This document shows, piece by piece, positions 1 to 11,315 of a DNA stretch of 64,000 nt (its first letter is position 1; every line of letters starts with the position of its first letter). The stretch comes from a bacterium (lineage in GTDB: Bacteria > DUMJ01). The notes under the pieces were generated by a model, which ran no database searches, was not told the origin of the DNA, and saw only the letters and a list, made by a program, of their open reading frames with translations. The position numbers and the translations under genes are program-made. The stretch covers positions 72,958-136,957 of the forward strand of contig JBMFOH010000001.1 of NCBI GenBank assembly GCA_049969715.1. The letters are read 5' to 3'.

Positions 1-1
1 T

Positions 2-811
2 GACTATGTAGATTATATATCCCTCCACATCTATCTTGGAAATAGAGAAGACGATACAATGAACTTTTTGGCAAAGGTAAGGGATATGTCTAATTATATA
101 GAGACTGTCATTGCTACCTGTGACTATATAAAGGCTAAGAAGAGGTCAAAGAAGACCTTGTATCTCTCATTTGATGAATGGAATGTATGGTTCCATTCGA
201 GAGATAAGGATAAGGCTATAGAACCTTGGTCTATTGCTCCTCCACTCCTTGAGGATGTATACAATTTTGAGGATGCTATGGTGGTTGGAGATATGTTGAT
301 TACCCTCTTGAATCACTCTGATAGAGTTAAGATAGCCTGTCTAGCTCAGCTTGTAAATGTAATTGCTCCTATAATGACTGAGGATAATGGTCCCTCCTGG
401 AGGCAGACGATATACTATCCGTTTATGTATACTGCTAGATATGGTAAGGGGGATGTTTTGAAACCTATTATCTATTCCCCCCTATTTGATACAAAAGAAT
501 TTTCAGATGTACCTTTTATTGATGCATCAGCAGTTCTCAATGACAGTGGAGAGTTAGTAGTATTCTTGATAAATAAGAGTATGGATTCTTCTATTCCATT
601 AGAATGTATCCTAAACGGTTTTGAAGGTAATTTCTATGTAAAGAAGCATATCTTATATTCAAGTAGCGATCCCAAGGCAGAAAATACTAAAGAGAATGCT
701 TTTAATATAATTCCTAGAGAGATTAAAGGCTCTTATTCTATGGATGGGAATAGATTGAATGTGACACTTGAACCATTTTCTTGGAATCTTCTTGTCTTAG
801 CTGAAAAATAG
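2..811 (+). CDS. abfA: alpha-L-arabinofuranosidase, GH51, C-terminal part (5' end outside window)
   Basis: The frame is open from position 2. The translation carries the GH51 block LSFDEWNVWFHS and the downstream ...EPWSIAPPLLEDVYNFEDA..VVG.MLITLL.H.DRVKIACLAQLVNVIAPIMT... block, which matches Geobacillus AbfA closely. Confidence 0.8.
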   Translation, partial: DYVDYISLHIYLGNREDDTMNFLAKVRDMSNYIETVIATCDYIKAKKRSKKTLYLSFDEWNVWFHSRDKDKAIEPWSIAPPLLEDVYNFEDAMVVGDMLITLLNHSDRVKIACLAQLVNVIAPIMTEDNGPSWRQTIYYPFMYTARYGKGDVLKPIIYSPLFDTKEFSDVPFIDASAVLNDSGELVVFLINKSMDSSIPLECILNGFEGNFYVKKHILYSSSDPKAENTKENAFNIIPREIKGSYSMDGNRLNVTLEPFSWNLLVLAEK

Positions 812-849
812 CGTAAGTTTGACAGGTAAAAGGCAAAATGCGGGTTCTC

Positions 850-1827
850 TCAATATCTGATCTGATTTAGGAGGTGCTCCTTATAGGTTTTAGAGAATAT
901 ATGATGTCCATCTCCTTTTGCCACATAGTAGAGGTAGTCAGTATTGGATGGATTTATTACTGCCTTTATAGAGGAGAGCCCAGGATTTGATATGGCTCCA
1001 GGAGGAAGTCCATAGTATAGATAAGTATTGTAGGGAGATTGGATCTTCAGGTCATCATATGTTAACCTCTCTTTTGGTTTATCTAGGAGGTACTGAATAG
1101 TGGCATCACACTGAAGTTTCATACCTATTTTTAGTCGTTTAAGAAGGACCTGAGCTATTATAGGCCTTTCATAATCGAATCTTGCTTCTTTCTCTACAAG
1201 GGAGGCTAATATTATTGTCTCTCTAGGAGAGAGATTTAATCTTAATGCCTTCTTTTCGAAATCAGATGGAAGTACCTTTATAAATCTATCTAAAAATTTC
1301 TTTATTACCAACTCTGGCTTCATCCCTATATAAAATTCGTATGTGTCAGGAAAGAGAAACCCTTCATATGGAGGAGAGATAAATGATGGATAATTGCCCT
1401 CTATCCTATTATTTAGTGCTGATAAGAAGGCCTCTTTAGAGACAACCCCAGCTGATTCTAGCCTTTGGGCAATCTCTTTTGAGTTAAATCCTTCTGGTAT
1501 TGTAACCCATACTACCTCTGGTTTAGCCCTCAATAGAAATCTTATTACTTTATCTACTCGAAGGCCTCTTGGCACATTAAAGATACCAGGGGAAAATTTG
1601 GTATCAGTATTTAATATTCTAGAGAGGTATAGGAATACCCTCTTAGAGGAGATAAGCCCCTTTCCCTTTAATATAGAGGCTATATTACTGGCATCCATAT
1701 TATATCTTATATTTATCCTCTCTTCTCCATAGTATGGAAGAGGAGGATAGAGAAAAAATGAAATAAAGATCAAAAAACCACAAGAAAAAAGAAGTATAAG
1801 CTTTAATATCGGGAACATTCTCCTCAT
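850..1827 (-). CDS. mltG: endolytic murein transglycosylase MltG/YceG family
   Basis: 325 aa with an N-terminal TM helix. YceG-like architecture, and it directly follows prfB as in many genomes. Confidence 0.75.
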   Translation of the reverse strand: MRRMFPILKLILLFSCGFLIFISFFLYPPLPYYGEERINIRYNMDASNIASILKGKGLISSKRVFLYLSRILNTDTKFSPGIFNVPRGLRVDKVIRFLLRAKPEVVWVTIPEGFNSKEIAQRLESAGVVSKEAFLSALNNRIEGNYPSFISPPYEGFLFPDTYEFYIGMKPELVIKKFLDRFIKVLPSDFEKKALRLNLSPRETIILASLVEKEARFDYERPIIAQVLLKRLKIGMKLQCDATIQYLLDKPKERLTYDDLKIQSPYNTYLYYGLPPGAISNPGLSSIKAVINPSNTDYLYYVAKGDGHHIFSKTYKEHLLNQIRY

Positions 1828-2910
1828 TTACTCTCTATAACAGCCATATTTTTTAGATACGAATATATAAATATATCTATCTCTCCATCTAAGACCCCCT
1901 GGACATTACCAACTTCTAGTCCTGTGCGATGGTCCTTTACTAGGGTATATGGATGTAGTACATATGAGCGGATCTGATTGCCCCAGGCGATATCCTTTCT
2001 CTCACCTCTGAGATTTTGTATCTCTTTTTCTCTTTTTTCTTTTTCAAGAGCGAAGAGTTTAGCCTTGAGGATTCTCATAGCTGTTTCTCTGTTTTGAAGC
2101 TGTGACCTCTCACTCTGACATTCAACTACTATCCCTGTAGGGATATGGACAATCCTTACCGCTGATTCTGTCTTGTTTACATACTGTCCTCCAGGACCAC
2201 TAGCCCTGAATGTATCTATCTTTAAATCCTCCTGTTTTATCTCTATCTCTATTTCATTACCTATGTCTGGAACAACTTCTACAAGGGCAAAGGATGTGTG
2301 TCTTCTATGTGCAGCATCAAATGGGGAGATCCTTACCAATCTATGAACCCCCCGTTCTGACTTCATAAGGCCATAGGCAAATGTTCCTTTAAGGAGGAAG
2401 GTAGTACTTTTTATCCCAGCCTCTTCTCCATAGGAGGTGTCTATAATCTCTATATTAAGCCTGTTTCTTTCAGCCCATCTAGCATACATTCTCAAGAGCA
2501 ACTCAGCCCAATCTTGTGCATCTGTCCCCCCAGCACCAGCGTGGATAGTTACTACTGCATTATAATTATCATATTCTTCCCTAAAGAGTGTCTCTAACTC
2601 AAGGGTATCTAAAAGTTTCTTAGCCCTATCCAATTCAAGTCTTAACTCACCTTCTAAGCTATTGTCTTCTCCTACTAGTTCTAGGAACTCTTTGAGAGAA
2701 TTTATAGCCTTTTCTATCTTTTCTCCTTTTTCTACAAATTCTCTTATCCTACTTACTTCAGATAGCAACCTTTGCGCCTCTGAGGGATTATCCCAGAGGT
2801 CTTCTCTCTGTATCTCTTCTTCTAAACTGGAAAGCCTTATCTTTTGCTTTTCAAAGGTAATCACTGAGATCTCTATATCTCTTTTCGATCTCCAATATTT
2901 CTTCCTTCAT
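1824..2910 (-). CDS. prfB: peptide chain release factor 2, with programmed +1 ribosomal frameshift
   Basis: The long frame (1824..2864) is the RF2 body, including the SPF motif and the GGQ motif (SGPGGQ). A short upstream frame ATG(2910)[22 protein letters not shown] ends in CTT TGA, and the +1 frame continues as EKQKIR... The ATG overlaps the secA stop (TAATG). Confidence 0.85.
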
Positions 2911-5396
2911 TATGCATCCCTTCCACAGCAATTTTTATACTTTTTTCCACTACCACAAGGACACGGGTCATTTCTACCGATCTTCTTTACCTTTACAGGA
3001 GTTTTCTTTGTTTCTGGTGAATTAGTTATAGTATGTGTTCTTTCTGATTTTCTTTCCTCCCTAATCTCTAGCCTCATAAGGAATCTAGTGATATCCCTTC
3101 TTATCCCTGAAAGCATCTCCTGGAACATTTCGTACGCCTCTCTCTTATACTCTATGAGAGGCTCCCTCTGTCCATAAGCTCTTAGCCCTATTCCTTCTTT
3201 CAGGAACTCCATATTCTCTATATGTTCTATCCAATGATTGTCTAATACCCTCAACATTATGTATTTTTCTGCCTGTCTTAGGAGTTCTGTCCCTACAGAT
3301 TCTTCCTTCTCTTCGTATTTTTGAGTTATCTTTTCCTTACATATTTCTGTAATCTCTTCACGTTTTAGTTCTTCTAGCATCTTTTCTGTAACATCTATAT
3401 CAAAGAGGGCTTTTACACTATTCACTAGACCCTCTACATCCCACATATCTCTATGATTTTCAGGAAGATAGGAGTCAACAATTTCTTTAAGAGTATCGTT
3501 CATAACAGACAGGACAGAGGACTTTAAATCCTTGCTAGTTAGTATCTTTTTTCTCTCCTCATATATGACTTTACGCTGGGTCTCCATAACATCGTCATAC
3601 TCTAGGAGTTGTTTGCGGATGTCAAAGTGATAAGATTCTACCTTCTTCTGAGCATTTTCTATAGCCTTTGAGATCATAGGATGCTCTATTGGCTGATTTT
3701 CATCTATCCCCAACTTATCCATAATCCCCTTTACTCTATCGGATCCGAATAGCCTCATTAGTTCGTCTTCTAATGATACATAGAATCTCGAAGAACCTGG
3801 GTCTCCCTGTCTTCCTGCCCTTCCTCTTAATTGATTATCAATTCTTCTAGACTCATGCCTTTCTGTTCCTATTATATGTAATCCACCTAGTTCAACCACT
3901 CCTTCTCCAAGGACTATATCTACCCCTCTTCCAGCCATATTGGTAGCTATTGTAACCATTCCCTTTTCCCCAGCATGGGCTATTATCTGTGCCTCTTTCT
4001 CATGGTATTTGGCATTTAATACCTGATGGGGAATACCTAGATGCTTAAGCATGCTACTTAACATCTCTGACCTTTCTACTGAACGGGTTCCCACAAGGAC
4101 AGGTCGTCCTATCTTGTAGTGAGAAACTATCTCTTGGATAATAGCATTAAATTTGGCTTTTTCTGTCTTATATACTGCATCAGGGTAATCTATTCTAATC
4201 ATAGGTTTATTGGTTGGTATTACTACCACTTCTAATCCATATATCTTTAGGAATTCATCAGCTTCTGTAGCTGCTGTTCCAGTCATCCCTGCAAGCTTCT
4301 TATACATCCTAAAGTAATTCTGTAATGTTATTGTGGCTAAGGTCTGCGCCTCTTGCTTTATCTTTAATCCTTCCTTTGCCTCTATCGCTTGATGGATACC
4401 GTCACTATAACGTCTTCCATACATAAGCCTTCCTGTGAACTCGTCTACTATTATTACCTCTCCATCATTCACTATATACTCTACATCTTTTTTGAATAGT
4501 TCCTTAGCTTTAAGAGCGGCAACAAGGTAGGATAGATAGTCTATGTCTCCTTCTCCATAGATATTTTCTATTCCTAGCATCTTTTCTACCTTTCTTGCCC
4601 CTACATCTGTGAGTACTACATTTTTTAGCTTCTCATCTACAGTATAATCTGTGTCTTTTATTAGTCTCCTTGCTACTTGAGCGAACTGATAATATAGCTT
4701 TGTCGGTTTATCTGCCATACCTGAGATAATAAGAGGAGTTCTTGCCTCATCTATAAGGATACTATCCACCTCATCTACTATGGCATAGTTGAACTCTCTC
4801 TGGACAACCTCTTCCATGCTTAAAGCCATATTATCTCTAAGATAATCGAAGCCAAATTCGGTATTCGTTCCATAGGTAATATCAGAATTATATGCTTCTC
4901 TTCGTTCTTCCGTTGTAGAGTCATGTTGAAGAAGTCCTACCTTGAGTCCTAGAGATTCGTATATGGGTCCCATCCAGTACCTATCTCTCTTGGCTAGATA
5001 GTCATTTACTGTAACTATGTGAACCCCTCTTCCCGTGAGGGCATTGAGATATGCTGGCATAGTAGCTACAAGGGTTTTACCTTCTCCTGTTTTCATCTCT
5101 GCAATCTTACCCTCATGAAGGACGATTGCTCCTATAAGCTGAACATCAAAGGGCCTCATATTTGTCTTTCTCTTCGCTACCTCTCTAACTACAGCGAATG
5201 CCTCTACCATAATATCGTCTAAGGTTTCTCCTCGGTTGAGTCTATCCTTAAATTCCAAGGTCTTTACCGAGAGTTCTTCATCAGTAAGGATAGAAACCCT
5301 AGATTCTAACTCATTTATCTCCTCTACTATTCTCCAATATTTGGCTAACTCTCTATCGGCAGCTTTACCGATAAGTTTTTCTAAAAGTTTAAACAT
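2910..5396 (-). CDS. secA: preprotein translocase ATPase SecA
   Basis: 828 aa with DEAD-like motor motifs and a C-terminal zinc-binding tail [18 protein letters not shown]. Confidence 0.95.
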   Translation of the reverse strand: MFKLLEKLIGKAADRELAKYWRIVEEINELESRVSILTDEELSVKTLEFKDRLNRGETLDDIMVEAFAVVREVAKRKTNMRPFDVQLIGAIVLHEGKIAEMKTGEGKTLVATMPAYLNALTGRGVHIVTVNDYLAKRDRYWMGPIYESLGLKVGLLQHDSTTEERREAYNSDITYGTNTEFGFDYLRDNMALSMEEVVQREFNYAIVDEVDSILIDEARTPLIISGMADKPTKLYYQFAQVARRLIKDTDYTVDEKLKNVVLTDVGARKVEKMLGIENIYGEGDIDYLSYLVAALKAKELFKKDVEYIVNDGEVIIVDEFTGRLMYGRRYSDGIHQAIEAKEGLKIKQEAQTLATITLQNYFRMYKKLAGMTGTAATEADEFLKIYGLEVVVIPTNKPMIRIDYPDAVYKTEKAKFNAIIQEIVSHYKIGRPVLVGTRSVERSEMLSSMLKHLGIPHQVLNAKYHEKEAQIIAHAGEKGMVTIATNMAGRGVDIVLGEGVVELGGLHIIGTERHESRRIDNQLRGRAGRQGDPGSSRFYVSLEDELMRLFGSDRVKGIMDKLGIDENQPIEHPMISKAIENAQKKVESYHFDIRKQLLEYDDVMETQRKVIYEERKKILTSKDLKSSVLSVMNDTLKEIVDSYLPENHRDMWDVEGLVNSVKALFDIDVTEKMLEELKREEITEICKEKITQKYEEKEESVGTELLRQAEKYIMLRVLDNHWIEHIENMEFLKEGIGLRAYGQREPLIEYKREAYEMFQEMLSGIRRDITRFLMRLEIREERKSERTHTITNSPETKKTPVKVKKIGRNDPCPCGSGKKYKNCCGRDA

Positions 5397-5412
5397 ATTA
5401 CATTACCTTCTT

Positions 5413-8400
5413 TCAAAAGTTCAATACTACCCTCTCTCTATCCTTAGAGACTATGGTCTCTACAAAATCTTTATATTCTTTATAATTGTCAGGCGAGATA
5501 TATATACTTCTAATCTGAAAGACCCTTTCTACTTTTAGGATATTCCCCTCTAATCTAAATGTCATACTATAGAAGCCAAAAGGCTTATCAATAGATATAT
5601 CATTTGGAAGATGCATAATATTTATTCCCTCAGGTAATGTGTATGTTACCGTGTCTTTTGTAGTATAAGGACTCCAGTATGTTATTGGATAGGTCCTTGT
5701 TGTCTTGGCTACTGACTCACTAGACTCTAATCTCTCCATAATAGATGGTAAGAAAGATATGGTGTTTCCTGCTACCTGGGCATATCCAGGGGCATGGAAT
5801 GAATACTCTTCCCAAACGTCTTCATCTATATTCCTTAGGTTTGAAAGTTTATATGAATCAAGGGATGCATTGGGTACGAGAGAATTTAGGGATGCTCCTA
5901 ATGCCTCTTTTATCTCTCTATCACTTGCAGACTTCCATTGACCTCTTAAGAATGTATCATAGAACCCTTTCAGTGTTACCTTTGTCTCCCCTTTTATTGA
6001 ACCATCTTTTGCGAGCTCAATCTTTATATCTCTGGCTTTTACATTTATAGAAGCGTCATCTACAGGTATGTCTACCAATAGTGGTTTCCCATCCTCAATG
6101 AGTAGCGCCTTTGTTCCCTGGTCCATAGATGGAATATAACCAAATCTGTTATCTTCAGCTGTTCCATCAAGGAAGTATAGTTTGTTGTTAAATTTTATAG
6201 CACATATAGCATGGTCAAATTGGAAACCTGGGGAGTCTACTGGCAATGCTCCCCTGTCTCTAGTTCTTACTAAAACATAGTAGGCTGGGATATTTATCTC
6301 CTTAAACATAGAGATAAGAAGGGTGGCTTTATCCTTGCAGTCCCCATATTTATACTTAAATACCTCGCTTGCCTGATGCGGCATAAGCCCACCTATCCCA
6401 AACTCTAGCCCTACATACCTTATTTCATTGGTAACAAAAGAGTATATTGCCTTTGCCTTTTCTTCTAAGTTTGGCTTATCTTTGGTAAGTTCTGTTACCT
6501 TTGCCTTTATTGCATCATCAGCCTGTGTTTTGGGATTAGCTATGCTATAGTACCAACTAGCCACATCATCCCAGGACTTGAAAGTAGTTATCTCTAATCT
6601 AGGTGCTATATCTCCCAAAGGAGGCATATAGTCTTCAGGGATGATCTGAGGGACATTACTCATTTCCCACGTGTAAGAGATAGTAGAATCCTTCTCGCTG
6701 ATATTAGGATTAAGGTTTCCATTCCACATCTTATAGTAGATAGGCATCCCTTTAGGGACAGTTACTGTATACCTTGCATTGATGATAGGGTCAAAGTCTT
6801 GGAAGTAAAATTCATCTTGGAAATTCTTTCCTATAGCGCCTCTACCAAGCTCATCTATTGTATATGCATACTCTATAATTGCATTGTTTTCAATAGCTGG
6901 CATAGATATCACCTTTGCCATAGCATCGGAATATAGGTGATACCCTTCAGCAAGAGATACATCGTTTATAGCAGTTGCCTCTACCTCTGTTCCATCTGGC
7001 TTTATCGTCCTAGCCCTCAGTATTTTTACCCTTTCGCTTAAAAGGCTGTATGGTATGAATACCTCTCCATAGTTCTCTCTTCCTCGCTCATTTAGTATCT
7101 TTATCACTCTATGGTATGTTATAGAAGAGGTGCCGTCAGGATGCACTACCCTTTCTCCATTGTCAAGGAGGATGATACTTGATGCATCAGGATAATCCTT
7201 TTGAGTAGGAGTATTAGCAATTAGCTTTGACACATCAGTTAATGTATAAGATTCCTTTTTGAGAAAACTTATATAGTCTTTTAGAGTGATATTACCTGGT
7301 TCTATCTCTAACGCCTTCTCCCAATATACGATAGCTTTTTCTTCTTCCTCTAGGTCATAGTATATGTTACCCAAGGAAGAATAGACTTCTGGTCGGTAGG
7401 GAGACAGTGTGGATGCCTTCTCTAGGATTGAGATAGCTTCTTTTGGTTTTTTATCACTTATATATAGGTCTGATAAGTCTAGGTATAGAGAAACATTATA
7501 TGGTTCTCTAGTCAAACTATCCTGGACTATAGATATCGCCTCTTTATACCTTCCCATAGTCTTGTATAGAGAGAATAGGTTTGTAAAGGCGCTAGAAAAG
7601 GCTCTATTTATATCGAGTACCTTCTGATAAAATTTGATTGCATCTTCATACCATCCCCTTCTCTCCGAGATGACTCCATCTAGATAGTATCCAAGTGTAT
7701 ATGTACTATTTATATTTAATGCCTTCTTTATGTTAGACTCTGCATCTTTTAGCCAACCCCTTGTAAGATACGTCCAAGCCAAATAGGTGTATGCTTGAGT
7801 ATACTCCGGATTATCCTTTAACGCCTCCTGGAAATATCCTATTGCTTCATCATATAAGCCTTTTCCATATCTATTCCAGCCTAATTCTATATATGCCCTA
7901 GCAAAATTATCAGCAAGAGACGTGGCTTTTTTAAGTTCAGATATTCCTTCATCAGATTTTTCATTGTCTAAGTAGGTAATTCCTAAAAAGTAATGAGGAA
8001 GAGCTGTATCAGATAACTCTATCGCTCTAGAGAAGCATCTTTCTGCCTTATCCCATATTCCATGCTTACGATATATAATTCCTGCATATATGAGATTCCA
8101 GTAATCTTCAGGTAATGGATCATTTACTAACTCATATTTAGTGCCCTTAGCAAAGTCCTTTGGCTCTAGGCTGTAGTTCAATTCAGGAATGATGTTTCCG
8201 TCCTTATCTGTAATCCTTAAGATGAAGCCCCATCTTCCTGTATCCTGGCAAACCTTAACTAGAATTTTATTCCAACCCTTATTTAGCTGACATTTTACTA
8301 TATCCTGATCTATATATAGCTGTCTATAGAGGTCCTGAGATAGAACCTTGGTATCGTTTAGCCATATGGAAGATGCCCCTGTACTTCCAAATCTTATATA

Positions 8401-9057
8401 AGCCTCTCTATCACTTGGACTATAAACATAATTTAAGGCATATGCAACCCCTTCGGTAGAAGGATATAAGAGAGTATCAAATTTCATTACCCCAAAGGTA
8501 GTTCCAGAAGGAAACCATTTTACTTCTATCCCATTTTTACCGACATAGACCTTATCTAGTTTTACCTCTTCCTCTGGGTCAAAGACCTTATAAAACCCAG
8601 ACCTACCGACATTATCAAATGGCCCTATTACAAGCCAACTGTCTATAATTCCTAATTTTGCTAAGGATTCCTTTGCTAAGGAATACTCTCCTATACTCAG
8701 TAGGTTTTGGACACGTTCCCACTCTATAGAACCTTTAAGATAGGGACTGTTGGTAGCTTTCTTTGATACTTCATCTATAAGAGATAAAGCCTCCTTGTGG
8801 AGACCGTTATCGTTGATAATGTCTCCTATAAGATACCAATAACTGAGAACCATCCTTTCATTTGGAGAGTCTAATAACCTAGTCCAATTAGAAATAGCTT
8901 CTCTATCATTACCTTCAACCCACGCCTTCCATCCCTCTAACTCATACGAGACATCACTCTTTAGAGAGAGTTTATCAACAGTTTCTTGGGAAAAGGCTAG
9001 GGAGGGGATTAATAAGAGAAGTACTAATATTACTGATATAATTCGCCTAAGGTTCAC
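5413..9057 (-). CDS. secreted TPR-repeat / DUF3857 / transglutaminase-like domain protein
   Basis: 1214 aa with a signal peptide (MNLRRIISVILVLLLLIPSLAFSQE) and multiple TPR-like repeats in the middle. Near the C-terminus there is a transglutaminase-like core (YKYGDCKDKATLLISMF...). Confidence 0.65.
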   Translation of the reverse strand: MNLRRIISVILVLLLLIPSLAFSQETVDKLSLKSDVSYELEGWKAWVEGNDREAISNWTRLLDSPNERMVLSYWYLIGDIINDNGLHKEALSLIDEVSKKATNSPYLKGSIEWERVQNLLSIGEYSLAKESLAKLGIIDSWLVIGPFDNVGRSGFYKVFDPEEEVKLDKVYVGKNGIEVKWFPSGTTFGVMKFDTLLYPSTEGVAYALNYVYSPSDREAYIRFGSTGASSIWLNDTKVLSQDLYRQLYIDQDIVKCQLNKGWNKILVKVCQDTGRWGFILRITDKDGNIIPELNYSLEPKDFAKGTKYELVNDPLPEDYWNLIYAGIIYRKHGIWDKAERCFSRAIELSDTALPHYFLGITYLDNEKSDEGISELKKATSLADNFARAYIELGWNRYGKGLYDEAIGYFQEALKDNPEYTQAYTYLAWTYLTRGWLKDAESNIKKALNINSTYTLGYYLDGVISERRGWYEDAIKFYQKVLDINRAFSSAFTNLFSLYKTMGRYKEAISIVQDSLTREPYNVSLYLDLSDLYISDKKPKEAISILEKASTLSPYRPEVYSSLGNIYYDLEEEEKAIVYWEKALEIEPGNITLKDYISFLKKESYTLTDVSKLIANTPTQKDYPDASSIILLDNGERVVHPDGTSSITYHRVIKILNERGRENYGEVFIPYSLLSERVKILRARTIKPDGTEVEATAINDVSLAEGYHLYSDAMAKVISMPAIENNAIIEYAYTIDELGRGAIGKNFQDEFYFQDFDPIINARYTVTVPKGMPIYYKMWNGNLNPNISEKDSTISYTWEMSNVPQIIPEDYMPPLGDIAPRLEITTFKSWDDVASWYYSIANPKTQADDAIKAKVTELTKDKPNLEEKAKAIYSFVTNEIRYVGLEFGIGGLMPHQASEVFKYKYGDCKDKATLLISMFKEINIPAYYVLVRTRDRGALPVDSPGFQFDHAICAIKFNNKLYFLDGTAEDNRFGYIPSMDQGTKALLIEDGKPLLVDIPVDDASINVKARDIKIELAKDGSIKGETKVTLKGFYDTFLRGQWKSASDREIKEALGASLNSLVPNASLDSYKLSNLRNIDEDVWEEYSFHAPGYAQVAGNTISFLPSIMERLESSESVAKTTRTYPITYWSPYTTKDTVTYTLPEGINIMHLPNDISIDKPFGFYSMTFRLEGNILKVERVFQIRSIYISPDNYKEYKDFVETIVSKDRERVVLNF

Positions 9058-9072
9058 TTTAATATCATCTCC

Positions 9073-10212
9073 TTATAGATTATGTTTATAGATAACAAAA
9101 CCAGCCCCTACCTTTGGATAAAAGTAGGTAGTCTTATGTGGCAATCTATCTCCAGATTCTACCACAGACTTTATACTTTCCATAGATACTGGAGTTAATA
9201 TAAATGCCATTTCATAATCTCCACTATCTACTAGGGCTATGGCTTCCTTTTCACTATTGGTATAGTAAAATGTTAGGTTTTGGAATAAATCAAGGAACCT
9301 ATGGAGGGAAACAACATTTAGCCCTTCTGTGGTAAATCTATATAATCCGCCCTTTCTATAATAGTATACTGTGTGCTCGTTATCACCCAGATGGACTTGG
9401 GTGTCCTTTTCTGGTGAAAACACCTCTTCTAGTCGTCTTTGGAAGTCTATTGGAACATTCTTTATAACTCTATGTGTAGGCAGCAAGATTAATCCACCCG
9501 TATTAGCCTCTACTAGAAACATCATCACATAACTGTATGGACCATCCCTTCCATACTTTTTTACCATCTCTTCCTTATAGGTAAGCGCAGTTTCATATCT
9601 ATGGTGTCCATCTGCAATAAGGATGACCTTATCAGCAAGAGACCGCATAACAGACCTTGCAATATCTCCCTCAAGAGCCCAAAACCTAAAACTGTCTCCA
9701 TCGAAGATAGTTTTATAAGCCCCTACTTCCTTCCAAATATCTATACCATTATCATCATTATTAAAATATATGCCTAAGACTGGACTTATGTTCGATCTAG
9801 TAGCCCTAAGGAGATTGAGCCTATCCTCTTTGGGCTTAGAAAATGTAAATTCATGGGGAAGGATTATCCTTTTTTCGAACGGTTCTAATCTTACTATTGC
9901 AAAAAAACCACGAAGGACCCTTCTTACATTATAAACTTCATAGGTCCTTTCATAAAAGTATAGAGCCTCTTCTTCATGAAATATTAGAATCCTTTTCTCT
10001 ATCCAATCATTTAGTATATTTTTGGCTTCAGAATATTTATCTTGTCCTCCTATAGGGAATTCTAACCTTACTATATTGTAAGGATGACGACTGAGGAGTT
10101 CTCTATATAATTCTCTTGAAATGGTATCAAATGGGGGAGAGATTACATCCTCTAGATTTTCAATAACCTTGGGATTATATATAAGCCCTCTAAAGGGCCT
10201 TACTTCAGCCAC
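9073..10212 (-). CDS. DUF1015 family protein
   Basis: 379 aa. The N-terminus MAEVRPFRGLIYNP is typical of DUF1015. The stop/start overlaps the upstream SEC-C protein gene. Confidence 0.55.
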   Translation of the reverse strand: MAEVRPFRGLIYNPKVIENLEDVISPPFDTISRELYRELLSRHPYNIVRLEFPIGGQDKYSEAKNILNDWIEKRILIFHEEEALYFYERTYEVYNVRRVLRGFFAIVRLEPFEKRIILPHEFTFSKPKEDRLNLLRATRSNISPVLGIYFNNDDNGIDIWKEVGAYKTIFDGDSFRFWALEGDIARSVMRSLADKVILIADGHHRYETALTYKEEMVKKYGRDGPYSYVMMFLVEANTGGLILLPTHRVIKNVPIDFQRRLEEVFSPEKDTQVHLGDNEHTVYYYRKGGLYRFTTEGLNVVSLHRFLDLFQNLTFYYTNSEKEAIALVDSGDYEMAFILTPVSMESIKSVVESGDRLPHKTTYFYPKVGAGFVIYKHNL

Positions 10213-11312
10213 TACGAATCCTCCATATCTTCCCCTGAAAATTCCGATGTGTCTTTCTGATGTACAATGAGACCTTTTAAGATTTCTTCTAAGGTAGATC
10301 TTAGATCTTCTAAGTTCTCCCTTGTATCTGACATCCCTACTAGGATGTTCTCTGGTGCCTTCATAACTATAACTGACCCGATATATCCACTAAGAAGGTC
10401 TTCTTCCTCTTCTCTCAACGTGTTTAATAGGAGTCTCTTTTTAGGTGTTTTTATACAGTTAAATGCCTCTCCTTCCCTGAATGAATTTGTTCTGAAGAAA
10501 AATGGAGAGAGACTCAAGAGATTTATCACCTTATTATAGTCATTCAGGGAGTAGATTGCCTTATAACTGGTTGGACTTTTTATCTCTCTGCCTATAGTAT
10601 CTCCTAAGATGTCTTCTCTCTCTTCAAAGAGTCTATATCCATACATTCTTAGTAGGTCTTCGGGAGACATACCTCCTCTTTTAAGGGAGAATATCTTTTC
10701 ATCTACGAACCTCTTTATCTTTTCCTTATCCTTTTCCCAGTATGGGAAGAAGACATAGCCGACGATATAAAAGCTTTTATATGGGACAAGTCTAGTGAAT
10801 ATGATCTCTCCTTTGGCAATATCTAGCCTTTCTATTATAGGGTCAAAGACCGTATAGGCTTTATTTAAGAGTAGGTCGGATAGGTCGAGCCTATTGATAC
10901 TTGGGAAGATCCCTTCTATCTTGTAGAAAGACCAATATGTAGAGAGCCAATTCGTAAAAAAATTCTTTATATCAGAAGGGGCATCTCCTTCTTCTAAAAA
11001 TAGTTCTAGAGGTGTCTTCCCCTTAGAGACGTATTCATTGAACATAAACCATTCAAGCGGATATATAGCCTCATTCTCATCCAAAAGGTCATTAAACGTT
11101 TCTATAGAAGAAAGCTTCTTCATTTCGAATTTACCGAGTACATCCCTGAATGAATCTTTGTATCTAGAGAACGAATACTCTCCTAGAAGAAATAATGCAT
11201 CAATCTTCTTCTCGTTTACGTCTATAGATTCCTCATAAAATGGTAAACAGCACTTCTTATATTTCTTCCCACTTCCACAGGGACAAGGGTCGTTTCTCCC
11301 TATGTTAGCCAT
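10212..11312 (-). CDS. SEC-C motif (SecA C-terminal-like zinc finger) domain protein of unknown function
   Basis: The N-terminus [22 protein letters not shown] is nearly identical to the SecA tail in this window. The remaining ~340 aa have no recognisable motif. Confidence 0.6.
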   Translation of the reverse strand: MANIGRNDPCPCGSGKKYKKCCLPFYEESIDVNEKKIDALFLLGEYSFSRYKDSFRDVLGKFEMKKLSSIETFNDLLDENEAIYPLEWFMFNEYVSKGKTPLELFLEEGDAPSDIKNFFTNWLSTYWSFYKIEGIFPSINRLDLSDLLLNKAYTVFDPIIERLDIAKGEIIFTRLVPYKSFYIVGYVFFPYWEKDKEKIKRFVDEKIFSLKRGGMSPEDLLRMYGYRLFEEREDILGDTIGREIKSPTSYKAIYSLNDYNKVINLLSLSPFFFRTNSFREGEAFNCIKTPKKRLLLNTLREEEEDLLSGYIGSVIVMKAPENILVGMSDTRENLEDLRSTLEEILKGLIVHQKDTSEFSGEDMEDS

Positions 11313-11315
11313 ATA

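Noticed and set aside
1394-1732. 112-aa plus-strand ORF
   Set aside because: Antisense shadow ORF inside mltG.
2662-3177. 171-aa plus-strand ORF
   Set aside because: It is antisense to the prfB and secA coding sequence, Ser/Leu-rich and low-complexity. This is a typical shadow ORF.
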